A stretch of DNA of 63,403 nt, filler included, from Globobulimina sp. (lineage: Eukaryota): NCBI GenBank assembly GCA_003354225.1. It is 20 parts of 20 records of this genome, joined end to end, with 100 filler letters (N's around TTAATTAATTAA, not from the genome) between each part and the next. Parts side by side here need not be neighbours in the genome. Positions count along the whole stretch, not along the records: positions 47,640 to 50,712 come from PIVH01003804.1; positions 50,813 to 53,885 come from PIVH01003805.1; positions 53,986 to 57,058 come from PIVH01003806.1; positions 57,159 to 60,231 come from PIVH01003807.1; positions 60,332 to 63,403 come from PIVH01003808.1; 15 more parts are not named here. One strand, given 5' to 3'. Each line of letters begins with the position of its first letter. Position 1 is the first letter of the stretch. Positions 50,312 through 63,163 of this stretch are shown piece by piece. The notes beneath the pieces are model-generated. The model ran no database searches. It was not told where the DNA came from and worked only from the letters and a program-made list of their open reading frames with translations. The position numbers and the translations under genes were made by a program.

Positions 50312-50712
50312 TTATTTTTGTGATAATATTGCTTGAACATCGCTGTCACGCAACCAAGTGAGCATTATAGTCACTGGCCTTCTTATACCATTTCTTCCTT
50401 CTGCCAAATATCCCATTAAATCAAACACAGCTTCAGTGAATGATTCGTCATTTTCAAAGAAAGCCATAAATTTGGTACCATCAATCGCTTCCTCTTGAAA
50501 CCATTCCTCTGTGTTTTCTCGCCATGCTTTTACTCGTAATATTTCTGCAGAATCTTTGTCATCCATTACTTGTTTGAAAATACTTTTCTTTATTATAAAT
50601 ATTAAATCTTTAGTTGTACAATCCTTAATACATTTTTTCTCTGTGATTATTAGCAGAGACAATGAAAGAGATATCGTGTGAAACATCACTTGAACTTCTA
50701 ATGACCACTACT
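50312..50712 (-). CDS. 3' part of a hypothetical protein
   Basis: 125-aa ORF at the contig end. Confidence 0.45.
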
Positions 50713-50812
50713 NNNNNNNNNNNNNNNNNNNNNNNNNNNNNNNNNNNNNNNNNNNNTTAATTAATTAANNNNNNNNNNNNNNNNNNNNNNNNNNNNNNNN
50801 NNNNNNNNNNNN

Positions 50813-53800
50813 GTCTCCTCCTGTTTGTAAATTTAAGTTATAATTTATTTTGGGTCTAGTTTTTTCTGCATAATATGTTGATAACGATTCAGACTCATTT
50901 AATATAGTGTTATATTCTGTTATCCATGCCTGCTTTATAATATCTTTAATTATATCCTTTTTCGGGATATTTTTATAGTCGATGTTATATTTCCTGCAGC
51001 AGTTTATGGCATGAGTAAGCCATATTTGGCTTGTATCCTTGTTGTTATATATTTCTGATTGTTCTAGTAATACAGTTTTTACTATGTTATCTGTATTTAA
51101 TTTTTGTATATGAGCAAGATAGTTAATGGTTCGTTTTTCAGCCTCCATTTTCATGGGGATTAAACCTGTTTCTCCATATAGTACCATATTATTGCAACCT
51201 CTTGGTAATCTGGCAATCGTTCTTATATATTCTCTTTGTTGAGTTTCTATACATCTAAAAGTTTCTATTGAGAATGGAATTGCTGCTATACCATGTAATA
51301 TTTTCGGTATAACATATGTTTGCCATATTTTTGTTCCATATAATATTGGTCTAGATGTTACAGTAGCGGGTTTGTAACATCTGTATGTTTCTTTCCTGGT
51401 TCTTTCTACTAAGTCTAATTTATGTTTCTTCATTATATCCATGCTATTTTGGCATAGAGTGATTCCTAGATATTTAGCTTCTTTTTCTTCTTGTATATAT
51501 ATTTCTTTCTTTTCTCCTTCCGTAATATATTTATATCCTAAAGACCAGTTTCGTTCTTTCTCTACCGGCCTTTTTAATGGGATAATAAGGCTTTTAGGGC
51601 CTGAAAATTCTATTTTCCATTTATTAGCATAATTTCCTACAATGTTTAATAATTTTTTCATGTTATTTTCGTTTTTTGCGAATAATAACATGTCATCTGC
51701 AAAAAATAACCCAGATATATTTTGTTTCTTTTCTATAGTTCCTATTTCGATACCAAGGTGACACATTTCTATTTCTTTACCTAGATCGGCTATAAATAAT
51801 GCCCATAGTATGGGTGACATTGTACATCCTTGTCTTAATCCTACAGGCATTTTTAGTCTATCAGTTTTAGTATCTTGGAATGTTATTGTAGCGCCTGGAT
51901 CCAGGTAGCTACTTTTTATCGCATTTATCAGTTTATCAGGGAATCCATATTGTTTTAATTTTTTCCATAATCCTTTTCTCCATACTCTATCGTATGCTTT
52001 ACAAATATCTAGTAAGGCTACAGTAGGAGATTCGGATCTTCTCAGTTTATTAGCTCTCTGTACTGTATGTTGGATGACTAATATACAGTCTTCAATTCTT
52101 TTGTTTGCTCTAAATCCATGTTGTATATATCCTAATATATTTTTCTTTTCAGTTATTTTTTCTAATCTTCCTGTTAATATTAATAAATATAGTTTACATA
52201 AATTACATCCCAAGCATAAAGTTCTATAATTTTTGATTTTACTCTTTGATCCTTTTTTATGTAGTAATGTTACTTCCTGAGTTTTTCCTATTTCTGGAAA
52301 ATAACTAGAATCAAACCATTTATTAAAAAGTGTATGACTTAAATGTGTCATTTCTTCCGGCCAGTTTTTAATAAATTCTGGAGGGATATTAGTAGTTCCA
52401 GCTGATGTATTGTTTTTAAGTTTGTGTATAGCATCTTTAATTTCTTTGACTGAAATTTCATTTTCTAAATCTAGTTTATCTGGTCCATTTATAATATTAC
52501 TCATTCCTAATCTCTTCATTTCATCATTCGATTCAGGCCATATACCTAATGTAAAGATACTTTCCCAAAAGTCCGTTATATGCGATTTAATCTTTTCTTC
52601 TCCAATTACTGGTATTTTATCATCATCTATTAGTGTCACCTTTTCACTTACACCTCTTTTTAAAGTTTTCATAGTATCATATAGTTGGTGAAATTTTCTT
52701 TTTGGGTTATTGATCCATTTATTGTGAGCATTTTCTATTCTAGCCATTTCAGCTCGTTGTCTGATTTGACGTCTTTCTCGTATTTTCTTAAATAATTCAT
52801 TTATTATATTTCCTTTAAATTCTGGATTTTTACGTAATTCTTTTCTATGATTGCTAATTTCTAAGTTCAATTGTCTAATTCTTTTGGATTCTTTCTTCTT
52901 TTTAGTAGTTTTATTTCTATATCCTATTGATTTTATTCCCGCTTCTTCTATTATTTTAAATATGGAGTTCTCTGTTAATTTTTCATTACTGTCCATTTCG
53001 TTAATTTTTGTTCTAATATTCTCTTGATATTGTTGCCAGTTTGTTTCGTCATTTATTTTCCATTTGTCTTTAATTAATTTAGTTTGTATAATCTTTTCTT
53101 TTGATTTGATACTAATTTTGCTATGTATGAAGCAATGATCTTTATTACCAATGTTACCATATATGTTATTCTTTTCATCAATAATTGTTTTGATGTTCGT
53201 TATATCTGGACTTCTTAATGCTATATCGAGTATTTGGGGATTTGTGTTATTTTTATTATAACCCCATGTCCATTTGCCTTCAGTTGTTATATCTGAATTT
53301 AATAACTTTAAATCAGAATCTCGAATAAAGTTTCTTATTATAAATCCATTATTATTTATATTATCATGATTTTCATCTATTCCCCATTCATCATTACCTA
53401 TATGTCCATTAAAGTCTCCAATAATAAAAACTTTATAATTATGTAGTCTACACCAGTTAATGTGTTGCATTAACCTTTGGCATATTGTTGTATTCGTTTC
53501 TCTTGCATCAGGGTCACTTTGATTTCTTAGATATACAGCACATATAGCTGTCATTGCTTTATTTTGACATAGTATCCATAAGTAATTCATAGATATTTCA
53601 TCATCTATGTCATCTATATCTAATCTACTTGGCTTAATTGCTGGTTTAGCCCATATACTAATTCCGCCTGTAGGCTTACCAATCTGCATTTTATGAAAAC
53701 TTTCATATTCATCAAATTTATGCAAGTCTAAGACATTTTTATACTTTGTTTCAACACAACAAATTACATCAGGTTTAATAAGTTTTATATTATCGTTTAT

Positions 53801-53885
53801 TAATTCATATTTTGTGTTCATAGAACACACATTGTTATATAAAATATCAATAAATTGATCATTATTAATATTTTCATGGTCTTGG
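50813..53885 (-). mobile_element. Non-LTR retrotransposon (LINE) ORF2: APE endonuclease and reverse transcriptase, partial
   Basis: CCVET, IGDFNGH, ILD, DH (APE); KNYRTL, QHGFR, DICKAYDRV, GLRQGCTMSP, FFADD, KYLG (RT). Confidence 0.96.
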
Positions 53886-54252
53886 NNNNNNNNNNNNNNN
53901 NNNNNNNNNNNNNNNNNNNNNNNNNNNNNTTAATTAATTAANNNNNNNNNNNNNNNNNNNNNNNNNNNNNNNNNNNNNNNNNNNNATCATCAACGATTAG
54001 AATTGAGCATTTTGTCATCCACCGTGAGTTAGTGACTAATCACATCAATTTCAAATAACAAAGAACGGAATTTGCGTAACATAACAACATAACATTACAT
54101 TCTTTTTGCATTGAGATCAGCAAAGGTATAGTTTCCAAGCAGTGCATAGTTTGATAAGGCAGGATTTTTTAGAACAATAGAATGGGTTTCAAAATGTTCA
54201 TTTCGATGCTAAAGCAATATTGATATAAAACTTACTTTCAGGGCCAGATCGA

Positions 54253-55050
54253 ATGGAGGAAAAAGATTTGCAAAATGATGATTATTATTGGGACAATATC
54301 AACAGTGGAATATTTAAAATTAGATTAGATTTTGATTTTGATGAATGGATGAAAGATAAAGAAAGCCACCAAACAGAATTCATAAATGAAATTGTTAACG
54401 CTCTGGGAGTAGAAGCAGATACCGCTGCATTTGAAGTGTATGGCTACGAGAGAGGAAGCACAATATTCCAGATGTATGTTGGTAAAATTTGGTCCTTCTA
54501 CAGAACGCATTTACAGAGAGTCGATCATCAAATAGTTGCACCGAATTATATACGTTCAATGAGAGTACAGGATCAGATTTCTGTTGAATATAAGAACAAA
54601 TGGCACACTGTGACTGTTACCACATTGTTTGACAATGACTGTGGTGACGGCAAACATTTTCAGGTTCGATTTAATCCAAATAAGGACGGCGAGGATCCAT
54701 TCTGGTGGAATACTGATTGGTTTTATACCAAAAGAGATGCAAAGAGGCTGCGGTTCCCAGGACAGGAATATCATATTAAGGACATACAAGGACATCGGTT
54801 GACAGTTCAGTGGGAAGCACCCAGTTTAGCAGAGCGAGACAGTGAAGATGAGGTTGTGAAAGAGGATCATATATTTGTTAGATTTTCCAAAAATCATTGG
54901 TTTCGCTGTGTTGTGGTTGGAAAGTGGCTGCAATATAATAATACGTATTGGATTAAAGTTAAAAAATTAAAAGATGGAAGCACCAGAAAATTAAATTTAT
55001 CCTCATTTGTAGACAGAAACAGCATCAGTTTTGTTGATATGAGAGATTAA
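54253..55050 (+). CDS. Hypothetical protein with possible Tudor/Agenet-like barrels
   Basis: QDQISVEYKNKWHTVTV and EDHIFVRFSKNHWFRCVV. Confidence 0.55.
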   Translation: MEEKDLQNDDYYWDNINSGIFKIRLDFDFDEWMKDKESHQTEFINEIVNALGVEADTAAFEVYGYERGSTIFQMYVGKIWSFYRTHLQRVDHQIVAPNYIRSMRVQDQISVEYKNKWHTVTVTTLFDNDCGDGKHFQVRFNPNKDGEDPFWWNTDWFYTKRDAKRLRFPGQEYHIKDIQGHRLTVQWEAPSLAERDSEDEVVKEDHIFVRFSKNHWFRCVVVGKWLQYNNTYWIKVKKLKDGSTRKLNLSSFVDRNSISFVDMRD

Positions 55051-55304
55051 GTATTTAGCATATGGCAGATTTCTGTGTCAAGTTATTGTAGACTCATTGT
55101 TTCATTGTATTATTAATATAGATATTGCAGAGTGTTTTTTCTGTTATTTTGTGAATTTACTACCGTTTTTGCTTAGAATCATACATAGAAACCGCAGCAA
55201 TCAGTGTTTGTATTTATAAATTCAATGCAATATTGGATCTGACGATGTAAGTAATAATGGAAAAAAGGTTTGTCTCATAAGATTATATAGCGTTATGCAT
55301 GAAA

Positions 55305-56459
55305 TCATCTTTTTTTGATAATTTTTGATTTTATTTTGTTCTGTATATCAGGCGGCATTTGGTTTATCATTTCCTCCACTTCCCGTGGGATTTTTGTATC
55401 TCTCCCATGTGCCAAACGTTTATATTTCACCGTATTTATTAAATTAGTCACAAATTCATCTCTTTTCATAACATACAATGAACATTGCGCCAAATCCCAA
55501 CAATGCCGATATAACAATTGCGGATTCTCATCAAATTTGTCTTCAATTAATTTTATAATTTTTTTACACGCCACATATTTCTCATTGAAATCTTTAATTC
55601 CAGCAATCGCTCCATCCAATCTCTTGTATTCTTGTATGCAGACATCCCATTTATCTCTCATTTTCTTATTACATCTCAAACATTCACATCTTTCTATCTT
55701 CCATCCATGCGATAATTTATCCGCTCTCTCTTTATACAAAAACGGGTTCCAACCCATATAATTTATGCTCAGTTCCTCATTTTTTTTAATATCTTTCAAT
55801 GCAATAATCCTCCCATTGAAATTATTCTCTTTCGGCTGTATCCAATGGAGGCAATTTGCTGTACACGAATGGTTTATACGTGCAATGTTTGCATATAATC
55901 CGTCAAATCCGTTGCTCTCATTCGTCAGACAATTATTTAAAAATATATCCAACACCGAACCATCATATTTATACGATAACGAATTTATAATTTCTTGCTC
56001 GTCGGATGTTAAATGTTTAAATCTTTGCAGTAACGGTTTGGCGAATTTTTTATTAAATTGGTTGATATCAATGGAGCGAATATCTAAATTCGAATCACTT
56101 ATTAATGATAACAATGGATCTTCATTCAATATCATTGTCCCAGCGGAGATATCTCTGTTTGCAATCATTCCAAATCCTTTTCCTTCTACTTTTTCAATAC
56201 GAAATAATGCTTTTTTCTTGTGTTTGGATTTTTTTTTGGCTGTTTTGTCGGTACATTTTTCATCATCGTTGTTTTTTTTGTTTTTTGTTGTTGATGTGGA
56301 CGTATTTTCGGGTTTATTGTTTGCTAATGTTTTGCATATTTTTTTGTGTTGTTTCCAATCTTTACGTTGACAGTTTATATCACAATAATATGTGCATTTG
56401 CATCTGCTGCAAATGGCAGACGCATTTGGTTTGGAACAAGTGCCGCAGGAAGAGGGCAT
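55305..56459 (-). CDS. MYND zinc finger plus SET domain protein (SMYD/Set5-like)
   Basis: CSRCKCTYYCDINCQRKDWKQHKKIC; GKGFGMIA; RINHSCTAN; EELSINY; CECLRC. Confidence 0.92.
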   Translation of the reverse strand: MPSSCGTCSKPNASAICSRCKCTYYCDINCQRKDWKQHKKICKTLANNKPENTSTSTTKNKKNNDDEKCTDKTAKKKSKHKKKALFRIEKVEGKGFGMIANRDISAGTMILNEDPLLSLISDSNLDIRSIDINQFNKKFAKPLLQRFKHLTSDEQEIINSLSYKYDGSVLDIFLNNCLTNESNGFDGLYANIARINHSCTANCLHWIQPKENNFNGRIIALKDIKKNEELSINYMGWNPFLYKERADKLSHGWKIERCECLRCNKKMRDKWDVCIQEYKRLDGAIAGIKDFNEKYVACKKIIKLIEDKFDENPQLLYRHCWDLAQCSLYVMKRDEFVTNLINTVKYKRLAHGRDTKIPREVEEMINQMPPDIQNKIKSKIIKKR

Positions 56460-56532
56460 TAGTACTACTTTTGTTGGCTCAAAACTTAGTGCTACTAAAA
56501 AAAGTATGAAACAATAATTACAAATTTACAAT

Positions 56533-56961
56533 TTATTTTCCATAGTTTATACCCATTCTTTGTGTTCCTAACGTATTGCCATCGGTATCATCGCCACCAT
56601 TTGTATCACCAGCTGTTGTTTCTATAACAATTATATTAATATTATTATTTAATTCATTTTCATCATCACAGAGCATTTCCATATCTTGACAGCCTTCAGC
56701 GTCAAACTTAGCATCCATCTCTTCCCTCTCCTTATCTTCTAAAACCATCATATTTTCCATTTGTTCAGATTGTATCCTTACAGCACATAAAATCGCATCA
56801 ACATCAATTCCTTTTTCTTTTTTATCAATATATCCCTTTGTATCACCTTCGGCGCCACTTGTTTCTGCGACAATTGTCTCAGCAGACTTGTCAACATTAT
56901 TATGTTCAATATCTGTTTTATTAATCATTTCACTCATAACAGCATTGTTTGACTGTGACAT
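56533..56961 (-). CDS. Small acidic hypothetical protein
   Basis: 142-aa D/E-rich ORF. Confidence 0.55.
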   Translation of the reverse strand: MSQSNNAVMSEMINKTDIEHNNVDKSAETIVAETSGAEGDTKGYIDKKEKGIDVDAILCAVRIQSEQMENMMVLEDKEREEMDAKFDAEGCQDMEMLCDDENELNNNINIIVIETTAGDTNGGDDTDGNTLGTQRMGINYGK

Positions 56962-57200
56962 GCTTGATTTCCTTCTTGTATTGATTTCATTTTCTTACTA
57001 TGTTTTGTTACAAAAATAAAAACAACATACTTTAAAAACACCACAACAATTCCGAACANNNNNNNNNNNNNNNNNNNNNNNNNNNNNNNNNNNNNNNNNN
57101 NNTTAATTAATTAANNNNNNNNNNNNNNNNNNNNNNNNNNNNNNNNNNNNNNNNNNNNAACACGCATGTGTCAAATGGGTGTTTTAACCACCTTTCAACA

Positions 57201-57560
57201 CTACGAAGTTAACATATCACCATATCCTCCGCATAGCCATTTAGTTGTAGTAAAGCCATTTGATGGCACAAGTGCTGGATAATTGCACTCAATGCCTTCC
57301 CATGCGGGCTCATAATTGCAAAGGTAATTACTGCCACAGTCTGCATTTCTCCCTGATCCACATTCTCCTGTTACAATGCCATTCGTTGAACAAGTTGTGA
57401 AAGTGCCATTTTTAACGCATGAATAGGATGTTGAATTTGCAATACATGTGTTATTATAACATATACCCCCATCTGGACAATCATAAGTCGATGAACATGA
57501 ATTCGAATATACAATGCTCGCGTACGCATTGCAAAGGAGAACCAACGAAAACAGAAGCAT
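57201..57560 (-). CDS. Secreted cysteine-rich protein, first exon
   Basis: Signal peptide MLLFSLVLLCNAYA and many Cys; the stop probably lies in an intron. Confidence 0.65.
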   Translation of the reverse strand: MLLFSLVLLCNAYASIVYSNSCSSTYDCPDGGICYNNTCIANSTSYSCVKNGTFTTCSTNGIVTGECGSGRNADCGSNYLCNYEPAWEGIECNYPALVPSNGFTTTKWLCGGYGDMLTS

Positions 57561-57979
57561 TCTAACTTGGTTAAATATAAAAACTTTACTAACAATGGTT
57601 TCGCTTTACAACAGACTCTGTGAAAAAATCAACGGAAAAATATTTACTTGGAATATCAATAGTTAATATTGTTGCAATCCAATTAAAATTCATTAATGCT
57701 GCAAGATGCATTTAGGTGGATTATCGCCTGATAAATTAACTGGATAATAGTATTGAAGGTGGATAATGTTGACCAAAATTAAACTGAGAATGTTGGGAAA
57801 TTACGTAATAATAAATTGGTGCTGCATTGTTGCAATTGCAATGTGACCCTATACTGAGGGTTCAATTTTAATTAATATTTATGTAAACAAACAGAGTTTT
57901 TTACACATTCCGTCTTCAGTCAAAGCATAGCCACTTAGAATTAATTCAATTCTCACGCACAATTTAACTTATTCAGCAA

Positions 57980-58721
57980 ATGGCGTCCTCTCAGCATCCA
58001 GATGATTTTCAAGTTATTCAATCATTAAAACGAATATTGGGCTCGTCCGATTTAACGAAATTAACACGTAAAGAAGTACGCAAACAGTTAGAACAAGAAT
58101 TAGGTGGAAGTTTCAGTTCACCGCAGTGGAAAGCCAGAATAAAAGAAGAAATTGAAGCATTTGTAAGAAGAAAAGAATCTGGAATCAATAATCATAGCCA
58201 TCCATTACCCACTGCGAGCCATGCAAATGCAACATCTGATTACAATATCAATCCCAATCCCAATCACATTGCAAATAAACGCAGAAAATTGAATGATGAG
58301 ACTGCGTATTCGCCAAATAATAACAATCAAAATCAGAATCAGTATAATCTTAATTCGCATCGTAAAAAAGCGCGTTTACAATCAAATCGGGCATTAATTC
58401 AGAAATCGGAGAAAGACCATAATTGCTATTTTATGAAATTACCCGGAGATGGCGTGAACAAACGGTGTATAATGCACAAATTTCGTAGTAAAATCTATGT
58501 TGGATTTCGAGAATATTATGAGAAAAATGGCGAGCAATTACCAACTAAAAAAGGTATATTATATTATTTTATTAAATTGCATGGCATGCACGCATTTTCG
58601 AAATAAAATAAATTAACAATTTAACCATTAAACAGGGCTCAATTTAAATGAAGAACAATGGGAATTTATAGTCAAACATATCGATGATATAAATGCTCAA
58701 ATTAAATTAATTAAACAGTAA
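57980..58721 (+). CDS. DEK-C plus PC4/Sub1 domain transcriptional coactivator (KELP-like), intron 58554-58635
   Basis: DLTKLTRKEVRKQLEQELG; spliced FREYYEKNGEQLPTKKGLNLNEEQW. Confidence 0.88.
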
Positions 58722-58799
58722 ACTTGCAATTGACTCTGACTCCGTGTTCTTTTTTTTTAATTAAAAAGTGTTTTATGTCTTACTGTATTATTTAGAATA

Positions 58800-59168
58800 T
58801 CAGATACTGCCATAATGGCGAGGATATCCCCACATTGTGGTCTGTGCCCCTCTGACAAATTGATCATAGGCAATCCATGCGCCCATAAATAAAACCGCTG
58901 CTTTTCCGCCAGGCCAAGCCCCTTCAAATGTCCATCTTGCATTATATTTCTCGCGCGATGGTCGTAAATGTCTCATTCTTTCACCACCAAATATTGGTAT
59001 ATTATCATTATAATATGGACGTTCTGTCAATTCATTCCATGGATATTTTGGTGCTACTGGATATTTACCAAACCATGTCTCAATAAATCTATTCTCATCC
59101 ACTTTTTTAAAGACATGTTTCATCTCTTTCCATCCTTTAACACGTTTGGCTGTCTGTGACCAACTCAT
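58800..59168 (-). CDS. Small single-TM protein, possibly complex I B12 (NDUFB3)-like
   Basis: FEGAWPG...AWIAYDQF resembles the B12 xxPG TM segment. Confidence 0.4.
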   Translation of the reverse strand: MSWSQTAKRVKGWKEMKHVFKKVDENRFIETWFGKYPVAPKYPWNELTERPYYNDNIPIFGGERMRHLRPSREKYNARWTFEGAWPGGKAAVLFMGAWIAYDQFVRGAQTTMWGYPRHYGSI

Positions 59169-59211
59169 TCTTGCTTCTTAGCTGAAAGTTTTTACTCAGT
59201 ATTATTTAAAT

Positions 59212-60186
59212 ATGCCAAAAAGTGATGAAGCAGTAATCAACACATTATTGGAAGCAAAGGAGTTAATTTTTTCGTTTATGGTTTTAGATGGAATTTGTTT
59301 TGTTGTAATCTTTGTTCTTTTACTTATTTTGTTATTTAAATTATTATTTCGCAATGGAACGGAACATTTTGATATGATAATAATGACTTGGGATTTTAAT
59401 GAAGAACCAAAAGAAACGAAATTACCACGTAAATTTTCATTCGCATGTTTGTTATGCTTAATTGTCTATATTTTTATTTATGGATTAGAATTTCTTTATT
59501 TTTTTTTTATTTCACAAAAACATATTCCATCTCAATTATCATCCACTCAAAATACAATTAATTCAATCGAAGAGTGGTTAAAACAGAACAAAGAATTTGA
59601 AACTTCCATTGCTTTGCTTGATTTATTAACATATATTTTATTTATAATCACAAAATTTTTATTATTTGTAATATTTATTGGAAGAATATGGCACTCATTT
59701 AAAGGAACTCATTATCAGTCAAAAAAGTGTATTTATAAAACATTAATTATTTGTATTCCATTGGTGATATCGTTGATGATTATAAGTGAAGCAGTGGCAT
59801 ATCGATTAGATCTAAATGTGGATCATGAAGGGGTGGGATTTACCACTTACTTGTCTGGCATAACGGAGATGATTATTATTTTATGTGTCGTTATCCTCTT
59901 AGATGGACTTATTACTTTCATTACGCTTATTTTATATTTTACAAAACTGAAAAACTTAATTTTAGCCAAACAAAGAACAAATCGAATGATATCTGGTGCT
60001 GAAATTGAAATGAATCAAACACAAAAAAGATTTGCAAATAAAGCAGTCAAACATTCATTATTATGTTTAATCTCATTCATTACAACGCAAATTGTTTGGT
60101 ATTATTCGTTAATTACATTTCACTCTGGCACAAATCTATGGACAACCGTACAAACTTTCCTATCGGATATCGCAAATAAGAACTAA
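59212..60186 (+). CDS. Serpentine (7TM/GPCR-like) membrane protein
   Basis: Six or more TM segments; FIGRIWHSF after TM3. Confidence 0.65.
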   Translation: MPKSDEAVINTLLEAKELIFSFMVLDGICFVVIFVLLLILLFKLLFRNGTEHFDMIIMTWDFNEEPKETKLPRKFSFACLLCLIVYIFIYGLEFLYFFFISQKHIPSQLSSTQNTINSIEEWLKQNKEFETSIALLDLLTYILFIITKFLLFVIFIGRIWHSFKGTHYQSKKCIYKTLIICIPLVISLMIISEAVAYRLDLNVDHEGVGFTTYLSGITEMIIILCVVILLDGLITFITLILYFTKLKNLILAKQRTNRMISGAEIEMNQTQKRFANKAVKHSLLCLISFITTQIVWYYSLITFHSGTNLWTTVQTFLSDIANKN

Positions 60187-60331
60187 AAAAGTAAAATATG
60201 GATTGGCTTGAAACATTCAAATCTTGGTTTANNNNNNNNNNNNNNNNNNNNNNNNNNNNNNNNNNNNNNNNNNNNTTAATTAATTAANNNNNNNNNNNNN
60301 NNNNNNNNNNNNNNNNNNNNNNNNNNNNNNN

Positions 60332-61637
60332 TTCGCATACATATTGGCAAGTTGCAGTGTACAGAATCTTATTAGCAATCTTTACATCATTTTCTGGCCC
60401 ATTGTGTATATCAATCATCTCTGGGTTCTTCCCTCACGGCATACGGTCCTCAGCTTGCGCACTCTGGAACTTCTCAATTTATATTGGCTTCAGCGCTGCG
60501 TACGGCGCTGGCAACGCAATTGGACAATACTTCAACAACTGGAGATTTGTATGGTGGACATTTGGCTATGCCGGCATGGCGTGGTCTTTTCTGATTTTAC
60601 TCATCTACGCCTTCAGGAAAACTCCTTTATACCGCTATGCAGACAGAATGTTAGTTAAGTTTATACTCAATTGTGTGCTATAATTAGTTGGCAATACATT
60701 TCGCAGAGACACTGAAAGTGAGATTGAGATATCGCAAATTGACTTAACTGACGAATTTTTGGATGTGCTGCATACTTACAGCAAGACAGAAAGCAGGATT
60801 CGAATGTTGACCACAGTCGGATCGGTCTGGGATAGGACTCGAAACAATACGGGAACCACCATCGAGTACAGCCATTTGGACGTTTCTGCTCTGAATCACC
60901 ACGAACAAATTGTGTATCAAATGCAGCAGCAGCCGGTGACCATTGGCAAGGCATTATGCTATTTGCTTAAGTCGCCCTCGTTGCTGTTGTTGGTGTTGGC
61001 CAGTTTTTATCGCAATTGCGGTGGATATATATGGGGCTATCAAGCAGATAACTTGTTTGTTATTGTGACGGGAGACTCGCATTATACTGTTGCTATGTGG
61101 CTAGGTTGGGTGCCAATGGTTGCTGGCTGTGCTGGATGCTTATTTGGAGGCATTATTTCAGACAAATTGGCAAATAATCAGAGGTTTGTAACACCGCAGA
61201 ATGTAAATAGTATGATTGGGAACCGTGTGTTGTTACGAATTTGTGTGTTGGTGATTGCTAATTTGGTGTCATCTCCCTTTGCCGCGGGAGTTATTCTATT
61301 GCAAAGTCCGTATTGTTACTTATCATTATTTGCAATGTACATTTTCAGTGAGATGTGGATCAGTGTTTCTGTCACGTTGTTGATTGAATTCACGCCGTTG
61401 AATATGAGGACACACATGTTATCCATATACTATTTCTCAATGGGTTTAGCAGGCTTTGCGCCATTGTTCGTGACTTTTGTTGAAGAAGTGATTGGTTCGT
61501 ATAAATGGTCCATGTTAGTATTATTTCCAGGCATTTATGGCTCATGTTCTGTTTTATTCTTTTGTCTGATATTTACGTATCGAAGGGATCTAAATAAAAA
61601 AATCAACATGCTGTCTTATCAGAATTATAATTTTTAA
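60332..61637 (+). CDS. MFS transporter (spinster-like), 5'-partial, intron near 60650-60706
   Basis: IISGFFPHGIRSSA, WRFVW, GGIISDKL, EFTPLNMR. Confidence 0.8.
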
Positions 61638-61727
61638 TTTGTGTGATTGTTCGCGTTGTATTAATTCTTGTTTCGTTTATTAAGTAAAAAAAAATTAACA
61701 GAGTTTTCTCATAAATGACACTAAATC

Positions 61728-63163
61728 ATGTTTATACACAGTTTCAATGTAACAGTTGGTGCTCTTGGAGTAATAAGCACCGTATCAATATTAATAGCTC
61801 TAGTTATCAAATTTATCATCGATAGAAGAAGAATAAGAGAAACATCATCTGAGTCACCAATCTATCATTGGCGTTTGATATTGGACATTCTAACCAATTT
61901 GTGCATAATCTCGTTTTTTATCCATGCGGCAAGTGTATCCCTTATTCGTTTTAATATATTCCCATCAACCTTATGCCCATTGCTTGCAAGGTACTGTATC
62001 TCATTTGACTGCTTTTCGTCGCAGTGTCAGAAATCCGATATCACAGCAACCCAAAAGTAGTCAATTGTAACGTTTGTGTACTTTCTGTCAACAACACAAA
62101 ATAATAAATAATTACATTTAGATGCAATGTGTCACTTTATCATACAACCAGATGCACATTATATGCCATATTAGTTATACGCATTCATATTAGTTTCAAC
62201 AACTCAGTGTATTCATACTCTAAAAAATACATAATTTACCCCTTGTTTATATTAATTATATTATGGTTTATTGTAGCATTATTTTTTGATATTGCATTGA
62301 ATGCAGTCCACGGCGAATACAACACAAAATATCAAACATGTGCACCAATATTTAAATTTTATGCTGTGTTTGTATCCGGAACATTTGATATCTTTTTCTG
62401 TACCATTTTATTGATATTATTTATCACTCCATTAATTAGATTAAACCGTTCACTTTTACGCGGCCAACGTGCAGAAATGCAAAGAATATGTAAAATAAAC
62501 AGAAAAACACAAACGACTGATATGGAGAAAACAGAGTGTACGCAAATAACACGAAATAACAGACAAATTGAGCTGTGTCTTTGTGTTGGAATAAATGAAG
62601 TGAATATTAACATAACTGCCACCGCTGTAAATTCAGAAAGTATCACAAAACATAATGCTAAGAACAGCTGCAGTGTTTCATCCGGATCCATGATGTCATC
62701 AAATACAACAAACTCGATTGCATACAATGTATCGTCAGAGTTTGAAACACCAACAATAAGACCACAAATATCTGATGAAATGACTGATATTTATGAAGAA
62801 AAAGAAGTGGATTCATGTCAAGCAAAGCAAGGAAGAGATAAAAGAGAAATACTAACGGAGCATCAGAGGAATTTAAATAATATTTATCAAGAATTAGTGA
62901 CTCGCTATGCATTGTTGGTCGTATTATGTATTGGTAGCTCATTTATATTGTATTTGTGTGTGCTTCTGTTTGGACATTGGATTGCTGACTTATTGCCAGT
63001 CGATGATGCTGTTAATGTGTGGTGTATAATTTTAATTTGTCAAAAAACAAATAAAATATATCATAAATTGTGTTTTCCATGTAATTATTTAATGAAATTG
63101 TGTTGTAATGTTACAATGAATAGCTGTTTATTGTCAGATGGTGACAGTGTACCAATGTGGTGA
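61728..63163 (+). CDS. Serpentine 7TM receptor-like protein, intron 61991-62121
   Basis: A GT-AG intron joins the two ORFs in frame; seven hydrophobic segments, long third loop, Cys-rich tail. Confidence 0.75.

Noticed and set aside
55315-56509. Long plus-strand ORFs opposite MYND-SET
   Set aside because: Antisense shadows rich in Phe/Leu with no motifs
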